From assembly GCA_050952625.1 (NCBI GenBank), contig JBMNLH010000001.1, positions 192,001-256,000 on the forward strand: DNA of 64,000 nucleotides. Reading direction: 5' to 3'. This document shows positions 1 through 9,887 of the stretch, piece after piece; positions within the stretch are counted from its first letter, which is position 1; each line of letters begins with the position of its first letter. The DNA is from Bacillota bacterium. GTDB lineage: Bacteria; Bacillota; Ch66; Ch109. A model generated the notes under the pieces. It searched no databases, had not been told where the DNA came from, and saw only the letters and a program-made list of their open reading frames with translations. Position numbers and translations under genes: made by a program.

Positions 1-4
1 TGGT

Positions 5-1237
5 ATGACCTCCAGCCAGGGTAATGAGCCTAATCAGGCTATGTTTTTGGTATATATCAACAAGGATAAAGCGCTAGCGAGCACCCTAAAGGATCAATGG
101 AATAATCAATTAATTGAAGAATTTCCGCAGGCAGAGTTTAATACATCGGTTGTCGAGTCCGGTCCTCCGGTTGGTGCTCCTATCGCTATAAGAGTTAAAG
201 GACAGTCCTTTGAAGAATTAGGGCTTATCGGGCAGGAAATTAGGGCCCTGCTTCTTCAACAACCCGGGGTAAACAGTGTGAGCGATGATGTCGGAAAATC
301 TCTGGCTACCCTGAGTTTTCAACCGAAAAGGGAGGCCATGCAACAATGGGGAGTAAGCAATCAAGCAATCACCCAGGTGCTTAGGCTTTATGGAGAAGGA
401 CTACCTATTGGTGAGTTTAGTTCAGACCAGACCCTCTTAGATATGAGAGTAGAGTATAAATTGGAAAAGGGTACTCCTTTAGATAATTTACATAACATGT
501 CTGTGCTGAGTCCAACCGGAGATGCTGTTCCCTTAACTTCTTTAGTTGATCTCAGTCCTGATTTCACCATGCAAAGTATTCCTCACCATAACTATATCCC
601 TAGCTTAACTGTGCGCGGCTACCTGGAAAGCAACGCCAAGGCAGACCGGATCCTGAACAACATGGGGCCAGAGCTAGAGAGGATAAGGGCCAATTACCCG
701 AACTCGATTATTGAAATTGCTGGAGAAACCTCAGCCCGGACCGACTTTTTTATGGAAATCGGAAAAATCTTTGTTATCGTACTTTTCCTGATTCTAATAG
801 TTATGGCCATCCAGTTTTACAGTCTGCTGATCCCCTTATTAATTATGAGCACGGTTTTCTTAGGGACCGCCGGGGCCATCTTGGTTTTATTTATCACTCA
901 AACCGGCCTGGGATTTATGTCGCTAATGGGAATTGTTAGTTTAGCGGGGATTAGTGTGCGAAATGGCGTCATCTTGGTTGATTTTATGGAACAGAGAAGA
1001 AAGAACGGAGCCCCTTTGGCAGACGCCGTACAAGAAGCCTGTCAGAAGCGTTTAAAACCGGTTATATTAACTTCTTTGACGACGATCCTGGGAGTAATGC
1101 CGTTGATATTGAGCAACATTTTGATGTTTAAACCTTTAGCGATTGCGATAGCCGGCGGCCTCTTGTTTTCAACTTGTCTAACCTTGTTTTTACTCCCGGC
1201 TTTGTATGTGTCTTTTGTGGCGTATATGAGGTTGTAG
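5..1237 (+). CDS. RND efflux transporter permease (AcrB/AcrD/AcrF family), C-terminal part; 5' end lies outside the window
   Basis: GPPVGAPIAIRVKG, GISVRNGVILVD and RLKPVILTSLTTILG motifs; C-terminal TM bundle. Confidence 0.9.
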   Translation: MTSSQGNEPNQAMFLVYINKDKALASTLKDQWNNQLIEEFPQAEFNTSVVESGPPVGAPIAIRVKGQSFEELGLIGQEIRALLLQQPGVNSVSDDVGKSLATLSFQPKREAMQQWGVSNQAITQVLRLYGEGLPIGEFSSDQTLLDMRVEYKLEKGTPLDNLHNMSVLSPTGDAVPLTSLVDLSPDFTMQSIPHHNYIPSLTVRGYLESNAKADRILNNMGPELERIRANYPNSIIEIAGETSARTDFFMEIGKIFVIVLFLILIVMAIQFYSLLIPLLIMSTVFLGTAGAILVLFITQTGLGFMSLMGIVSLAGISVRNGVILVDFMEQRRKNGAPLADAVQEACQKRLKPVILTSLTTILGVMPLILSNILMFKPLAIAIAGGLLFSTCLTLFLLPALYVSFVAYMRL

Positions 1238-1524
1238 AAGGTAAGATTCATAATTCCTCGGAAATATAAGTTTGTTCGGTACCAGCGGATCTACTCGAAA
1301 GCATTATGCCTTCCCTGCGGTGACTTGAGTTTTTTCCACATTCAGGTGTTCTGTTGCTCGAACGGTCACTTAAGACTTGCTCCGCTTGCGGACACATGAT
1401 GGTGATTTATCTTTATCCGTAGGGATTGGGATTGTCCAGCTTGTAACTTAATATTCTAGGAACCTTGAAAAGTTAGCATAATTACGATAATATTATGCTA
1501 AGCTTTTTAAAGGGGTGTTGTTTT

Positions 1525-1812
1525 ATGCCGCAGATTAGACCGGTATCCGACTTGAGGAATAAATTCGCCGAAATTTCAAAGATTGTTCATGAAACTTCTG
1601 AGCCTGTTTTTCTAACGAAAAATGGGTATGGCGATATGGTTGTCATGAGTTTTCAAGCCTATGAAAAGCTTCAATTTGAAAGTGAGATATATTTCAAGCT
1701 GAAAGAGGCGGAGTTGCAAGCAAAACAAACCAATCAACGGTTTTCTCATAAGGAAGTATTTGGCAGTATACGGCAGGCCATGCAGAAAAAGGCAGACGAC
1801 CAGAATGTATAA
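1525..1812 (+). CDS. Phd/YefM-family antitoxin
   Basis: IRPVSDLRNKF...EPVFLTKNGYGDMVVMS signature; ATG 1525 follows an SD; overlaps the toxin gene. Confidence 0.9.
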   Translation: MPQIRPVSDLRNKFAEISKIVHETSEPVFLTKNGYGDMVVMSFQAYEKLQFESEIYFKLKEAELQAKQTNQRFSHKEVFGSIRQAMQKKADDQNV

Positions 1813-2116
1813 GCTTGTTTATCTTCCCATAGCCAAACAGGATATAACAGAGATTTTTTTGTATATATCCGACCAGTTGAAGGCACCTAAGGCCGCGCTG
1901 GATTTATTGGATGCGTTTGATCATTCGATTTCCCTATTAAGTGAGTTCCCATACGCTCATAAGATTTATCGTCCATTGCGGGCTTTGAAGGAAGAGTATC
2001 GAATGTTGCCAGTAAAGAACTATGCGGTTTTCTATACTGTTCGAGAGCCGGAGAAAGTGGTTGAAATACATCGAGTGATATATGCAAGGATGGATTTAAC
2101 AAAGTTTGTCAAATAG
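1805..2116 (+). CDS. RelE/ParE-family toxin
   Basis: MYKLVYLPIAKQDI...YRMLPVKNYAVFY...VEIHRVIYARMD; coupled to the antitoxin. Confidence 0.9.
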   Translation: MYKLVYLPIAKQDITEIFLYISDQLKAPKAALDLLDAFDHSISLLSEFPYAHKIYRPLRALKEEYRMLPVKNYAVFYTVREPEKVVEIHRVIYARMDLTKFVK

Positions 2117-2227
2117 CAAGAAACTAAATAGACAGCCCCCATCTAAGTTGTAAGAAAGGGAAGTACCACAGCAGTATCCCGATTTTTCTTGGGAAGATTT
2201 TACGAAGAGGAGGACTGGTGAAAAAAT

Positions 2228-2560
2228 TTAATCAACCAGCATTTCTTTGATAATCTTTTTTACTTTCGCTATCTCCTCCAGGCTCAAATCGCCAATTTTC
2301 CGGCGAAGCCGGGTCTTGTCAATCGCGCGTATTTGATCCAAAACAATCCATCCAGCAATCTCATTTACCGATATTTTGACCCGCGTAGGATACCCTTCTC
2401 GGCATGTACTGGTTATTGGAGCAATGATGACCGTTCGTAAATGTTGATTCATCTCAATGGGCGAAATGATCACACATGGTCGAGTCTTATTGATTTCAGC
2501 ACCTTGAGTTGGATTTAGATCGACCCAGTAAACTGAGTATTGGTCAATGTTTTGAATCAT
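2228..2560 (-). CDS. mazF: MazF/PemK-family endoribonuclease toxin
   Basis: WVDLNPTQGAEINKTRPCVIISP and DQIRAIDKTRL motifs. Confidence 0.92.
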   Translation of the reverse strand: MIQNIDQYSVYWVDLNPTQGAEINKTRPCVIISPIEMNQHLRTVIIAPITSTCREGYPTRVKISVNEIAGWIVLDQIRAIDKTRLRRKIGDLSLEEIAKVKKIIKEMLVD

Positions 2561-2807
2561 CCCAATCCTCCAGCAATTCGTTGTCGATTTCTTCAGAAAT
2601 TAACAATGAATCATCTTCCTCTTTATGCATGAGTTTAAATGCTTCGACCCAGCCTTGACGAGGAGTTTTTATTGGCTTGATAATCAGGCAGTTATTCCTT
2701 ATCTCAAGCTGCACCTTAGATTCGATGCCACATTGTTTTAAGATAGTATGAGGAATCCTTATTCCTTTTGAATTACCGATTTTAATGACATCTAATTCCA
2801 TTTGCAT
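2544..2807 (-). CDS. mazE: AbrB/MazE-family antitoxin
   Basis: IKIGNSKGIRIP swapped-hairpin motif, acidic tail, overlaps mazF; upstream inverted repeat gtgattac-tat-gtaattac near 2818-2836. Confidence 0.9.
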   Translation of the reverse strand: MQMELDVIKIGNSKGIRIPHTILKQCGIESKVQLEIRNNCLIIKPIKTPRQGWVEAFKLMHKEEDDSLLISEEIDNELLEDWDDSKH

Positions 2808-2916
2808 CCTTCCTCTCGTGATTACTATGTAATTACATTATATTGATGAGACAGGGTTTTTACAAGCGTTTTATGCTATAAAGTCTTGTGGGTTTCCTTC
2901 TGAAAATTCGACGGAT

Positions 2917-3028
2917 TGAACTCATTCAGCTTCGCTGAACATTGGGGTTTCAGATGGAGACTCTGCTCTACCTGAAGTTTAAACAAGGTAACCTCCGCTA
3001 ATCGAAGTGGGAGTCTTTTGCTTCAGAT
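2917..3028 (-). mobile_element. IS200/IS605-type miniature element, copy A
   Basis: About 110-nt three-hairpin repeat matching copies B-G. Confidence 0.75.
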
Positions 3029-3053
3029 AAAGTTTAACAATGGTGGGTGGAAC

Positions 3054-3785
3054 ATGAAACTAATTTGGCAACATCTCACCAGCGGTCTGGTTTATGCTCG
3101 CAGTTTTAGACTAATCCCGGCACTCGTGGGTACTGTTATCCCGTTTTTCTGGCAGCTGGTCAATTTGTACGGTACCTTGCCGGCAGTGCTTTTAATAGTT
3201 GGCGTATTTCAGATTATTATCGTAAGCATGTCCGCAATAATGTATCCTTTCTTGTTTTGGAAATTGAGATTTTTAGAGGTGTACTGCCTGGCAGCAGTAA
3301 TCATGCTGGTGGCGATTATTAGCTGGCAGGTTATTAATATTACCGCCAACCGCCGGGCGGGTTTTAAACTGATTAAGCTGCAATTTTCAACCCGTACCGC
3401 CTTGCTTTTGCTGGGCCTGCTACTGGGCCATCGTTTAATACCTCTGTCGGTATCGCCCCGGACTGTATTCTGGGATCTGCACTTAAAACCGCACCTGGCC
3501 GGACAGCTGAGATCAAGAAGCCGGGAGGAAATAATCGCTGCTATAAGACATGATTATCAACGGGCGGCCAATCTGATGGAAGATGCTATATTCTTCGGTT
3601 GTTCCCCCGGTTCGTTTAGGAAACTGCTAATTGCTGCTGGGCTTAAGGAGTCGCAGTTTGTGATGATGAAAACGACTATTCCCACAGAGCATTCAAGCAT
3701 TTTTGGCTTAAGACGGCCATTCTTTTTTTATGTTATATTTGTCCACGACCAGGCGAGTCCTGAATACAAATCTCAACATTTGTAG
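3054..3785 (+). CDS. Hypothetical membrane protein
   Basis: Several hydrophobic N-terminal segments plus a soluble C-terminal region; family not recognised. Confidence 0.65.
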   Translation: MKLIWQHLTSGLVYARSFRLIPALVGTVIPFFWQLVNLYGTLPAVLLIVGVFQIIIVSMSAIMYPFLFWKLRFLEVYCLAAVIMLVAIISWQVINITANRRAGFKLIKLQFSTRTALLLLGLLLGHRLIPLSVSPRTVFWDLHLKPHLAGQLRSRSREEIIAAIRHDYQRAANLMEDAIFFGCSPGSFRKLLIAAGLKESQFVMMKTTIPTEHSSIFGLRRPFFFYVIFVHDQASPEYKSQHL

Positions 3786-4079
3786 CATGATCAGTAAGTA
3801 CATTATGTATCGCCTATATTCTTCAGGTTGCGTATTTGTCGCGATCAGGGAAGTGAAGCAAACCCACATATTACCTGTGACTTTTTGTGTGGAATTTCAG
3901 TTGTATATTTAATACAGTTGTTAGAACGGCAGACATTAATGCCAGATTTGAGGACAACTCCTGACGCTTGTCCAAATTATTCCAGAGTCTAGTCAGCTCA
4001 GAAACGGGAACTTTTTTTCGGAAGAATTGTCGAATAAAGAAAATCTAAGATTTTGAGAGTTTATTAGGGAGGGCACGTA

Positions 4080-5735
4080 ATGAAACAAATAAATGGCCTT
4101 AGAATTGCTGGTAAGCTAACCATGCTGGCTTTAGCTGTGCTGGTGATTGCGGCAGTTTGCCTCACTCCATCGGAGATGACATCGACCATCGCGATGTCTG
4201 ACATAGGAGTAACTATTGACGGAGAAGCAGTGGTGTTCCAAAGCGGGTATGGTAAGCCATTCATAGATGCAAATAATAGAACACTCGTGCCACTCCGCGG
4301 GGTGATGGAGTCCTTCGGGGCTGCGGTTGCCTGGGATAACCCTACCCGCACCGCCATTATCGAAAAAAACGGGATTACAGTCCAGGTGCCGATTGGACAA
4401 GCATATATTTTGGTCAATGGTGTGTCGGTGACAAATGATACCTCGGCCGTGATCAAGGACGACCGGGCGTACTTGCCGATTAGGGCTGTTCTTGAAGCCT
4501 TTGGGGCCGGCGTTTCCTGGGATGCGGTGAACAGAATTGTGGTGGTCAGAACCGATGGAACGGTTGCCGAAGGTCCCACAGATCCTAAGCAAGGTGAGGG
4601 TATATCACGCGCTGGCGAGCTTGATGCCATGTGGATTTCCTATCTTGAGTACATGGAAATGCCCAAAGATAAAGCCGGGTTTGAGGCCGCGGTCAATAGA
4701 ATGCTTGACCAGTGCGTTGATTTAGGGATGAATGCGGTTATTGTGCATGTTCGTTCCCACTGTGATGCCATGTATCCCTCCGAGTATTTTCCGTGGTCGT
4801 CTTTTGCCAGCGGACAACAGGGCGTTGACCCGGGTTACGATCCTCTTGCCTACATGATTGCAGCCGCTCACCAGCGCGGGCTGGAATTCCATGCGTGGCT
4901 GAATCCTTACCGGGTGACCGGCTACGGCTGCAATTGGGATCAGGTGGCAGCCAGCAATCCAGCTAAGGTTTGGCTTTCGGACAATAATCCTTCCAATGAC
5001 CGCTGGGTGCTCTTCCATAGAGGGGAATACTATCTGAATCCTTCGGTCCCGCAGGTGAGACAAATGGTGGTAGATGGAGTTCGGGAAATCGTGGCGCAAT
5101 ACGATGTAGATGGGATTCATTTCGATGATTACTTTTATCCTTCGGTTAACGACAATGATCCTTCGTTGTGTTTTGATAAACCGGAATATGATGTTTCAGG
5201 CAGCACTCTGAGTATCGCCAATTGGCGTCGCCAGAACGTAAATATGCTGGTTAAGGATGTCTATGCGGCAGTTAAGAAAATTGATGCTAACGTGGAATTC
5301 GGAATCAGTCCGGCCGGCAATGTGGATCGTTTACGCGATAATACTGTTTACTTTGTGGATATTGACACCTGGCTGGCAAACCCGGGTTATGTGGATTACA
5401 TTATGCCGCAGCTTTACTGGGGCTTTGAGCGAAGAGATGCTTCGGGTAATATTGCACCCTATGCCTATGAGAACAATTTAAAGACTTGGATTGGTCTGGC
5501 GGCTAAGGGAAATGCCAAATTATATATTGGTTTGAATATGGCCAACGCCGGGACGAAGGTGACTGACAATAACCCGGTTTCCGAATGGCTGCGTTACGAT
5601 GATATCATCGCCAGACAGGTATTGGCGGCTAGAGCGACAGGAAAAGTTGACGGCTTTGCCTTTTTCAGATATGCGATATTTAATAAGGGTGAAGCACAGT
5701 CGGAGGTTGCCAATTTAATTAAGGTATTGAAATAG
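4080..5735 (+). CDS. Secreted copper-amine-oxidase-N (stalk) domain plus GHL10/DUF187 glycoside hydrolase
   Basis: Signal peptide; NRTLVPLR/RAYLPIRAV stalk repeats; GLEFHAWLNPYR, YDVDGIHFDDYFYP and DYIMPQLYW motifs. Confidence 0.88.
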   Translation: MKQINGLRIAGKLTMLALAVLVIAAVCLTPSEMTSTIAMSDIGVTIDGEAVVFQSGYGKPFIDANNRTLVPLRGVMESFGAAVAWDNPTRTAIIEKNGITVQVPIGQAYILVNGVSVTNDTSAVIKDDRAYLPIRAVLEAFGAGVSWDAVNRIVVVRTDGTVAEGPTDPKQGEGISRAGELDAMWISYLEYMEMPKDKAGFEAAVNRMLDQCVDLGMNAVIVHVRSHCDAMYPSEYFPWSSFASGQQGVDPGYDPLAYMIAAAHQRGLEFHAWLNPYRVTGYGCNWDQVAASNPAKVWLSDNNPSNDRWVLFHRGEYYLNPSVPQVRQMVVDGVREIVAQYDVDGIHFDDYFYPSVNDNDPSLCFDKPEYDVSGSTLSIANWRRQNVNMLVKDVYAAVKKIDANVEFGISPAGNVDRLRDNTVYFVDIDTWLANPGYVDYIMPQLYWGFERRDASGNIAPYAYENNLKTWIGLAAKGNAKLYIGLNMANAGTKVTDNNPVSEWLRYDDIIARQVLAARATGKVDGFAFFRYAIFNKGEAQSEVANLIKVLK

Positions 5736-5775
5736 ATAAATGCGCCTACGGCTTTATTTGCCCGAGTATAAACTA

Positions 5776-5800
5776 AAACCCCTCATAATTGAGGGGTTTT
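5776..5800. terminator. Intrinsic terminator, likely bidirectional
   Basis: aaaacccctca-taat-tgaggggtttt hairpin after the GHL10 gene. Confidence 0.75.
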
Positions 5801-5997
5801 GCCGGGGATTTGTGATTTGGCTTTTTTAGGATTAATATTATTTTATTTGTAATATCTATAGCATCCTTTACATTATAGAATATTTATTATAAGATATAAC
5901 TATGTAGCAAAATATCTCTTTGCATAAAATGTAAATTATCGAGAATTCATTTATCTATTTTTTCAATTAAAAAACCATAACCTCAAAAAAACAAAAA

Positions 5998-6289
5998 GAA
6001 AGGTGGTGCCGGCCTGGTTTCCTGAGCAGCATTACCAAAGGGAAGCTACTAGCGTAAATTTCTCCGTGTTGCTTAGACAACAGCGAAAGTCGGACGCGGG
6101 TAAATTTAAATCGGTGGTGGGTAACCTCACCTTCGGGCAGGACGCCGTAAGCGGCGGTCAAAACCCACCCGAAGCACCAGCGAGAGCTGGTGGCTTAGTA
6201 GCTAAATCCTGTGAATGCTACCGCTCGTTTGTTGAATGAGTGAAAAACCTATTTAAAAGTATTGATGGGTTTAGAAACCAGGAACAGAT
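5998..6289 (+). ncRNA. Candidate cis-regulatory leader RNA of rplY (four-way-junction core plus 180-nt structured insert)
   Basis: Closing stem cctggtttc 6013-6021 / gaaaccagg 6274-6282 covers the SD; core homologous to 25624-25744. Confidence 0.65.
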
Positions 6290-6925
6290 ATGAGTAGTAT
6301 ACTGCAAGCCCAATCGCGTGAACTAAGTACCAAAGGATCCTTACGTAAGCTAAGAGAAGCAGGCTATATTCCCGGAATAATTTATGGAGGGAAAAAGCCG
6401 AATCGGAACATTACATTTAAGCGTAAAGAACTGGAATACATACTGGCGCATTCGGGAAAAGGAATCAATACTTTGCTTGAAATTAACCTAGATGGCGAAA
6501 AGAGTGCTGAATCTGATAAAGTAATGATATATGATATTCAAATAGATCCCGTTCGCCGCAGAGTAATCCATGTTGATTATTGCAGGATCTCTATGGCCGA
6601 GAAAGTAACTGCTGAGGTCCCTCTGACCTGGGTCGGCGAATCGCAAGGAGTAAAAGAAGGGGGGCAGTTACAGCCCATTTTACGCTCAATAAGGATTGAA
6701 TGTCTGCCTAACAAAATCCCAAATGACCTTGAAATAGAAGTCGCTGATTTGGGGATTGGCGACAGCATCACGGTTGCCGACATACCGTTATCGCCGGATT
6801 TTACAATATTGAACGATCCACAGGAAATAGTGGTGCAGATCGTTGCTCCAAGGGTTAGGATAGAAAGCACAGTTGAGACAAACAAACCTGATGCAGATGT
6901 AGAAGCAGGTCCGGTTAACAGTTAA
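6290..6925 (+). CDS. rplY: 50S ribosomal protein L25/general stress protein Ctc
   Basis: LREAGYIPGIIYG, IQIDPVRRRVIHVD, GVKEGG and C-terminal TL5 domain. Confidence 0.95.
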   Translation: MSSILQAQSRELSTKGSLRKLREAGYIPGIIYGGKKPNRNITFKRKELEYILAHSGKGINTLLEINLDGEKSAESDKVMIYDIQIDPVRRRVIHVDYCRISMAEKVTAEVPLTWVGESQGVKEGGQLQPILRSIRIECLPNKIPNDLEIEVADLGIGDSITVADIPLSPDFTILNDPQEIVVQIVAPRVRIESTVETNKPDADVEAGPVNS

Positions 6926-7157
6926 CTCAAAAAAGAGGTAATGAAAAAGCCATAGAGTTAAACGTTGGGTGCCGAGATATTGAGGTAATGACTACTACGC
7001 CGGTCGAGGTTGAGAAACCTTAACCGGCGTTCTTTTATTCAAAATTTTAAATTATATCTATACTAAAAGACACATTGACATCTATCGATGTGTTGCCTAC
7101 AATAACATATATCGAAAGATATGAATATAATTATCAAAAGTACTTGAAGGTGAAGAT

Positions 7158-7466
7158 ATGGAAAAAGAATATAAAAAATATGCATTATTGCTGAAAGCTC
7201 TTGGCGATGAAACCAGGGTAAAAATTTTTGCCATGTTATCGCAGGGGGAAAGGTGTGCCTGCAAGATTTTAGAGGAGGTTGCCATTAGTCAGTCAACCCT
7301 TTCCTATCATATGAAAATTTTATGTGATAGTGGTTTAGTAAAGGGCAGGCGTGATGGAATTTGGATGCGCTATACGATTAATGCGGATACTCTCGCTCTG
7401 TTAAAGGAGTTTTTTAACGCCATAGAATCATCCAATCTGGAGCTCAATATAGATTGTGACTGCTAA
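7158..7466 (+). CDS. arsR: ArsR/SmtB-family repressor
   Basis: KALGDETR, ERCACKI and SQSTLSYHMKIL motifs; upstream inverted repeat acacattga-catcta-tcgatgtgt near 7070-7093. Confidence 0.9.
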   Translation: MEKEYKKYALLLKALGDETRVKIFAMLSQGERCACKILEEVAISQSTLSYHMKILCDSGLVKGRRDGIWMRYTINADTLALLKEFFNAIESSNLELNIDCDC

Positions 7467-7481
7467 AGGGGAGTAAGTGCA

Positions 7482-7594
7482 GTGAACTCGTTCAGCTTCG
7501 TTGAACATCGAGGCTTCAGATAGAGACTCTACTCCACCTGAAGTTTAAACAAGGTAACCCCCACTTATAGAAGTGGGAGTCTTTTGATTCAGAT
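7482..7594 (-). mobile_element. IS200/IS605-type miniature element, copy B
   Basis: Near-identical to copy C. Confidence 0.8.
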
Positions 7595-7645
7595 TAAAAT
7601 TTACTTAGATATGAGGATGAAGAAAATGAAAGGAGTCTCAATAAT

Positions 7646-7885
7646 ATGGAAATCAAGATCTTAGGACCGGGCTGCGCTAAATGCCATGCCCTTGAAAAAG
7701 CCGTTGGCGAGGTTGTTCGGGAAATGGGTATTGAGGCAAAGGTGGACCACGTTAAGGATATTAAAGAAATCATGAGTTATGGTATCATGCTTACTCCTGG
7801 CCTGGTGATTAACGGAAAAGTTAAGTCTTCCGGCAAAGTAGTCAATAAGAATGATATAAAAAAGTTCATTAATCAGGAGAAATAA
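7646..7885 (+). CDS. Small redox-active disulfide protein (thioredoxin_3/MTH895 family)
   Basis: IKILGPGCAKC and TPGLVING motifs; ars context. Confidence 0.9.
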   Translation: MEIKILGPGCAKCHALEKAVGEVVREMGIEAKVDHVKDIKEIMSYGIMLTPGLVINGKVKSSGKVVNKNDIKKFINQEK

Positions 7886-7893
7886 GTAACTAA

Positions 7894-8007
7894 AGTGAAC
7901 TCGTTCAGCTTCGCTGAACATCGAGGCTTCAAATGGAGACTCTACTCCACCTGAAGTTTAAACAAGGTAACCCCCGCTTATAGAAGTGGAAGTCTTTTGA
8001 TTCGGAT
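7894..8007 (-). mobile_element. IS200/IS605-type miniature element, copy C
   Basis: Same three-hairpin repeat. Confidence 0.8.
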
Positions 8008-8025
8008 AAATTGGAGGTGCGCGTT

Positions 8026-8832
8026 TTGTATAATAAAGAAGAAATTAGAGAAGTAATCAGAAAAAATTATGCTGAGGTTGCACTGAAAGGTTCGGAAGGA
8101 GGATGCTGCAGCGGAGGCTGTAGTTGTAGCGGCCCACAGTTAATTATTAAGGACACATCCCTTAATATCGGTTATTCTGAAAGCGATCTTAAGGCTGTTC
8201 CTATTGAGGCAAATATGGGATTGGGATGTGGAAATCCAATTGCTATTGCTGCACTTAAAGAGGGTGAAGTGGTACTTGACCTCGGTAGTGGTGGTGGATT
8301 TGATTGTTTCTTAGCCAGGATGCAGGTAGGAGAAAGCGGATTCGTGATTGGCGTGGATATGACGCCAGAAATGATTAAGTTATCCAGACAAAACGCTGAG
8401 AAAAGTGGCTATAACAATGTTGAATTCCGGTTGGGAGAAATTGAGCACTTACCGGTGGCTGATGGAATAGTTGATGTCCTAATATCAAACTGTGTAATCA
8501 ATTTATCAGTCGAAAAGCAGAAGGTATTTAATGAAGCGTATCGAGTGCTTAAACCTGGAGGTCGTATTTGTATCTCTGATATTGTGGCCACAGCAGAATT
8601 GCCGGAGCACATTAAGAATGATCTTGCTTGTATGGTTGGCTGTATAGCTGGAGCTGAGTATGTAGAAAACATTAGAATGATGCTCCAGAATGCTGGTTTT
8701 AAAAATATTCGCTTACAACCTAAAAGTAACAGCAAAGATATAGTTAAAAGCTGGGCTCCAGGCAAGAACATAGAGGAATTTGTGGCCTCCTATATAATTG
8801 AGGCAGAAAAAGGCCAAAATCATAAGATATGA
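8026..8832 (+). CDS. arsM: Arsenite S-adenosylmethionine methyltransferase
   Basis: GLGCGNP, VLDLGSGGGFD, ISNCVINL and GCIAGA motifs; TTG start chosen from the SD. Confidence 0.93.
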   Translation: MYNKEEIREVIRKNYAEVALKGSEGGCCSGGCSCSGPQLIIKDTSLNIGYSESDLKAVPIEANMGLGCGNPIAIAALKEGEVVLDLGSGGGFDCFLARMQVGESGFVIGVDMTPEMIKLSRQNAEKSGYNNVEFRLGEIEHLPVADGIVDVLISNCVINLSVEKQKVFNEAYRVLKPGGRICISDIVATAELPEHIKNDLACMVGCIAGAEYVENIRMMLQNAGFKNIRLQPKSNSKDIVKSWAPGKNIEEFVASYIIEAEKGQNHKI

Positions 8833-8888
8833 GGAAATAGGGAGAGGAACCGAAGTGAGAGTGTGATTGTTAAGGGAGAGTACACTAA

Positions 8889-9887
8889 ATGTTTAAATGG
8901 CTAAATGATCAGTTGCTAAGGATGGAGTGGCTATCCAATTTAGTGAAGTCTTTGGTAGAAGATGTCTTCGGTTTAAATATCCAAGAACAACTGGGTGGGA
9001 GTATCCATTTCTTCATTTATGATGTGATTAAGATATTTATCCTGCTTTCCATACTGATTTTCGCCATATCTTATATCCAGAGTTATTTCCCGCCGGAAAG
9101 AACGAAGAGGATATTGGGGAGGTTTAATGGAATTTTCGCCAATGTCCTCGGGGCAGCTTTCGGAACCGTAACCCCGTTTTGCTCGTGCTCCTCTATCCCA
9201 ATTTTCATAGGATTTACAAGTGCCGGATTGCCCATTGGGGTAACCTTTTCTTTTTTGATTTCTTCCCCATTGGTAGATATAGCAGCAGTAATTTTGCTGG
9301 CCGGCATATTTAACTGGAAGATTGCTATTGCTTATGTTTTGGTTGGTCTACTACTGGCTGTTATAGGCGGAACCGCTATCAGCAAGTTAAAGCTGGAAAA
9401 GTATGTGGAGTCTTTTGTCTTTAGCAACAAGATTATTGAAATGGAACAGGAAGACCTGACAACTAGGGACAGAATAGAATTTGCTAAGAACCAGGTAACG
9501 GATATCGTGAAAAGGGTATGGCTGTATATTTTGATCGGTGTCGGAGTTGGAGCTGCTATCCACAACTGGATTCCGGAACCGATTATAGCCGCTATATTAG
9601 GACAAGATAAATGGTATTCTGTACTGGTGGCAACGCTGGTAGGAATTCCTATGTATGCCGACATTTTCGGGACACTGCCAGTTGCCGAAGCATTGGTAGG
9701 AAAAGGAGTCGGCTTGGGGACCGCCTTGTCATTTATGATGGGGGTAACAACCCTTTCGCTCCCCTCCCTGATTATGCTGAAAAACGTTGTGAAAATAGAA
9801 TTACTAGCAACCTTCGTAGGAGTTGTTACCGTAGGTATACTAATTATTGGTTATACCTTTAATGCGATCGGATATCTCTTCATGTAG
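8889..9887 (+). CDS. arsP: ArsP (DUF318) organoarsenical permease
   Basis: TPFCSCSSIP motif, multiple TM segments, ars operon context. Confidence 0.88.
   Translation: MFKWLNDQLLRMEWLSNLVKSLVEDVFGLNIQEQLGGSIHFFIYDVIKIFILLSILIFAISYIQSYFPPERTKRILGRFNGIFANVLGAAFGTVTPFCSCSSIPIFIGFTSAGLPIGVTFSFLISSPLVDIAAVILLAGIFNWKIAIAYVLVGLLLAVIGGTAISKLKLEKYVESFVFSNKIIEMEQEDLTTRDRIEFAKNQVTDIVKRVWLYILIGVGVGAAIHNWIPEPIIAAILGQDKWYSVLVATLVGIPMYADIFGTLPVAEALVGKGVGLGTALSFMMGVTTLSLPSLIMLKNVVKIELLATFVGVVTVGILIIGYTFNAIGYLFM

Noticed and set aside
1270-1400. Possible structured RNA between the RND gene and the TA pair
   Set aside because: Only short scattered complementarities (agcgga/tccgct, gtgac/gtcac); no second copy or recognisable motif
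6003-6239. 78-aa ORF upstream of rplY
   Set aside because: Lies wholly within the structured leader; the homologous leader at 25624 does not keep the reading frame, so RNA structure explains it better. A short leader peptide is not fully excluded
5998-6289. T-box or raiA-motif identity for the rplY leader
   Set aside because: ggtggtgcc resembles a T-box core but there is no stem I or terminator. Scattered short words recall raiA RNA, but I cannot map its architecture; an Rfam scan is needed
8830-8832. TGA of arsM as selenocysteine
   Set aside because: Protein is already full length, there is no redox motif context and no downstream SECIS-like hairpin
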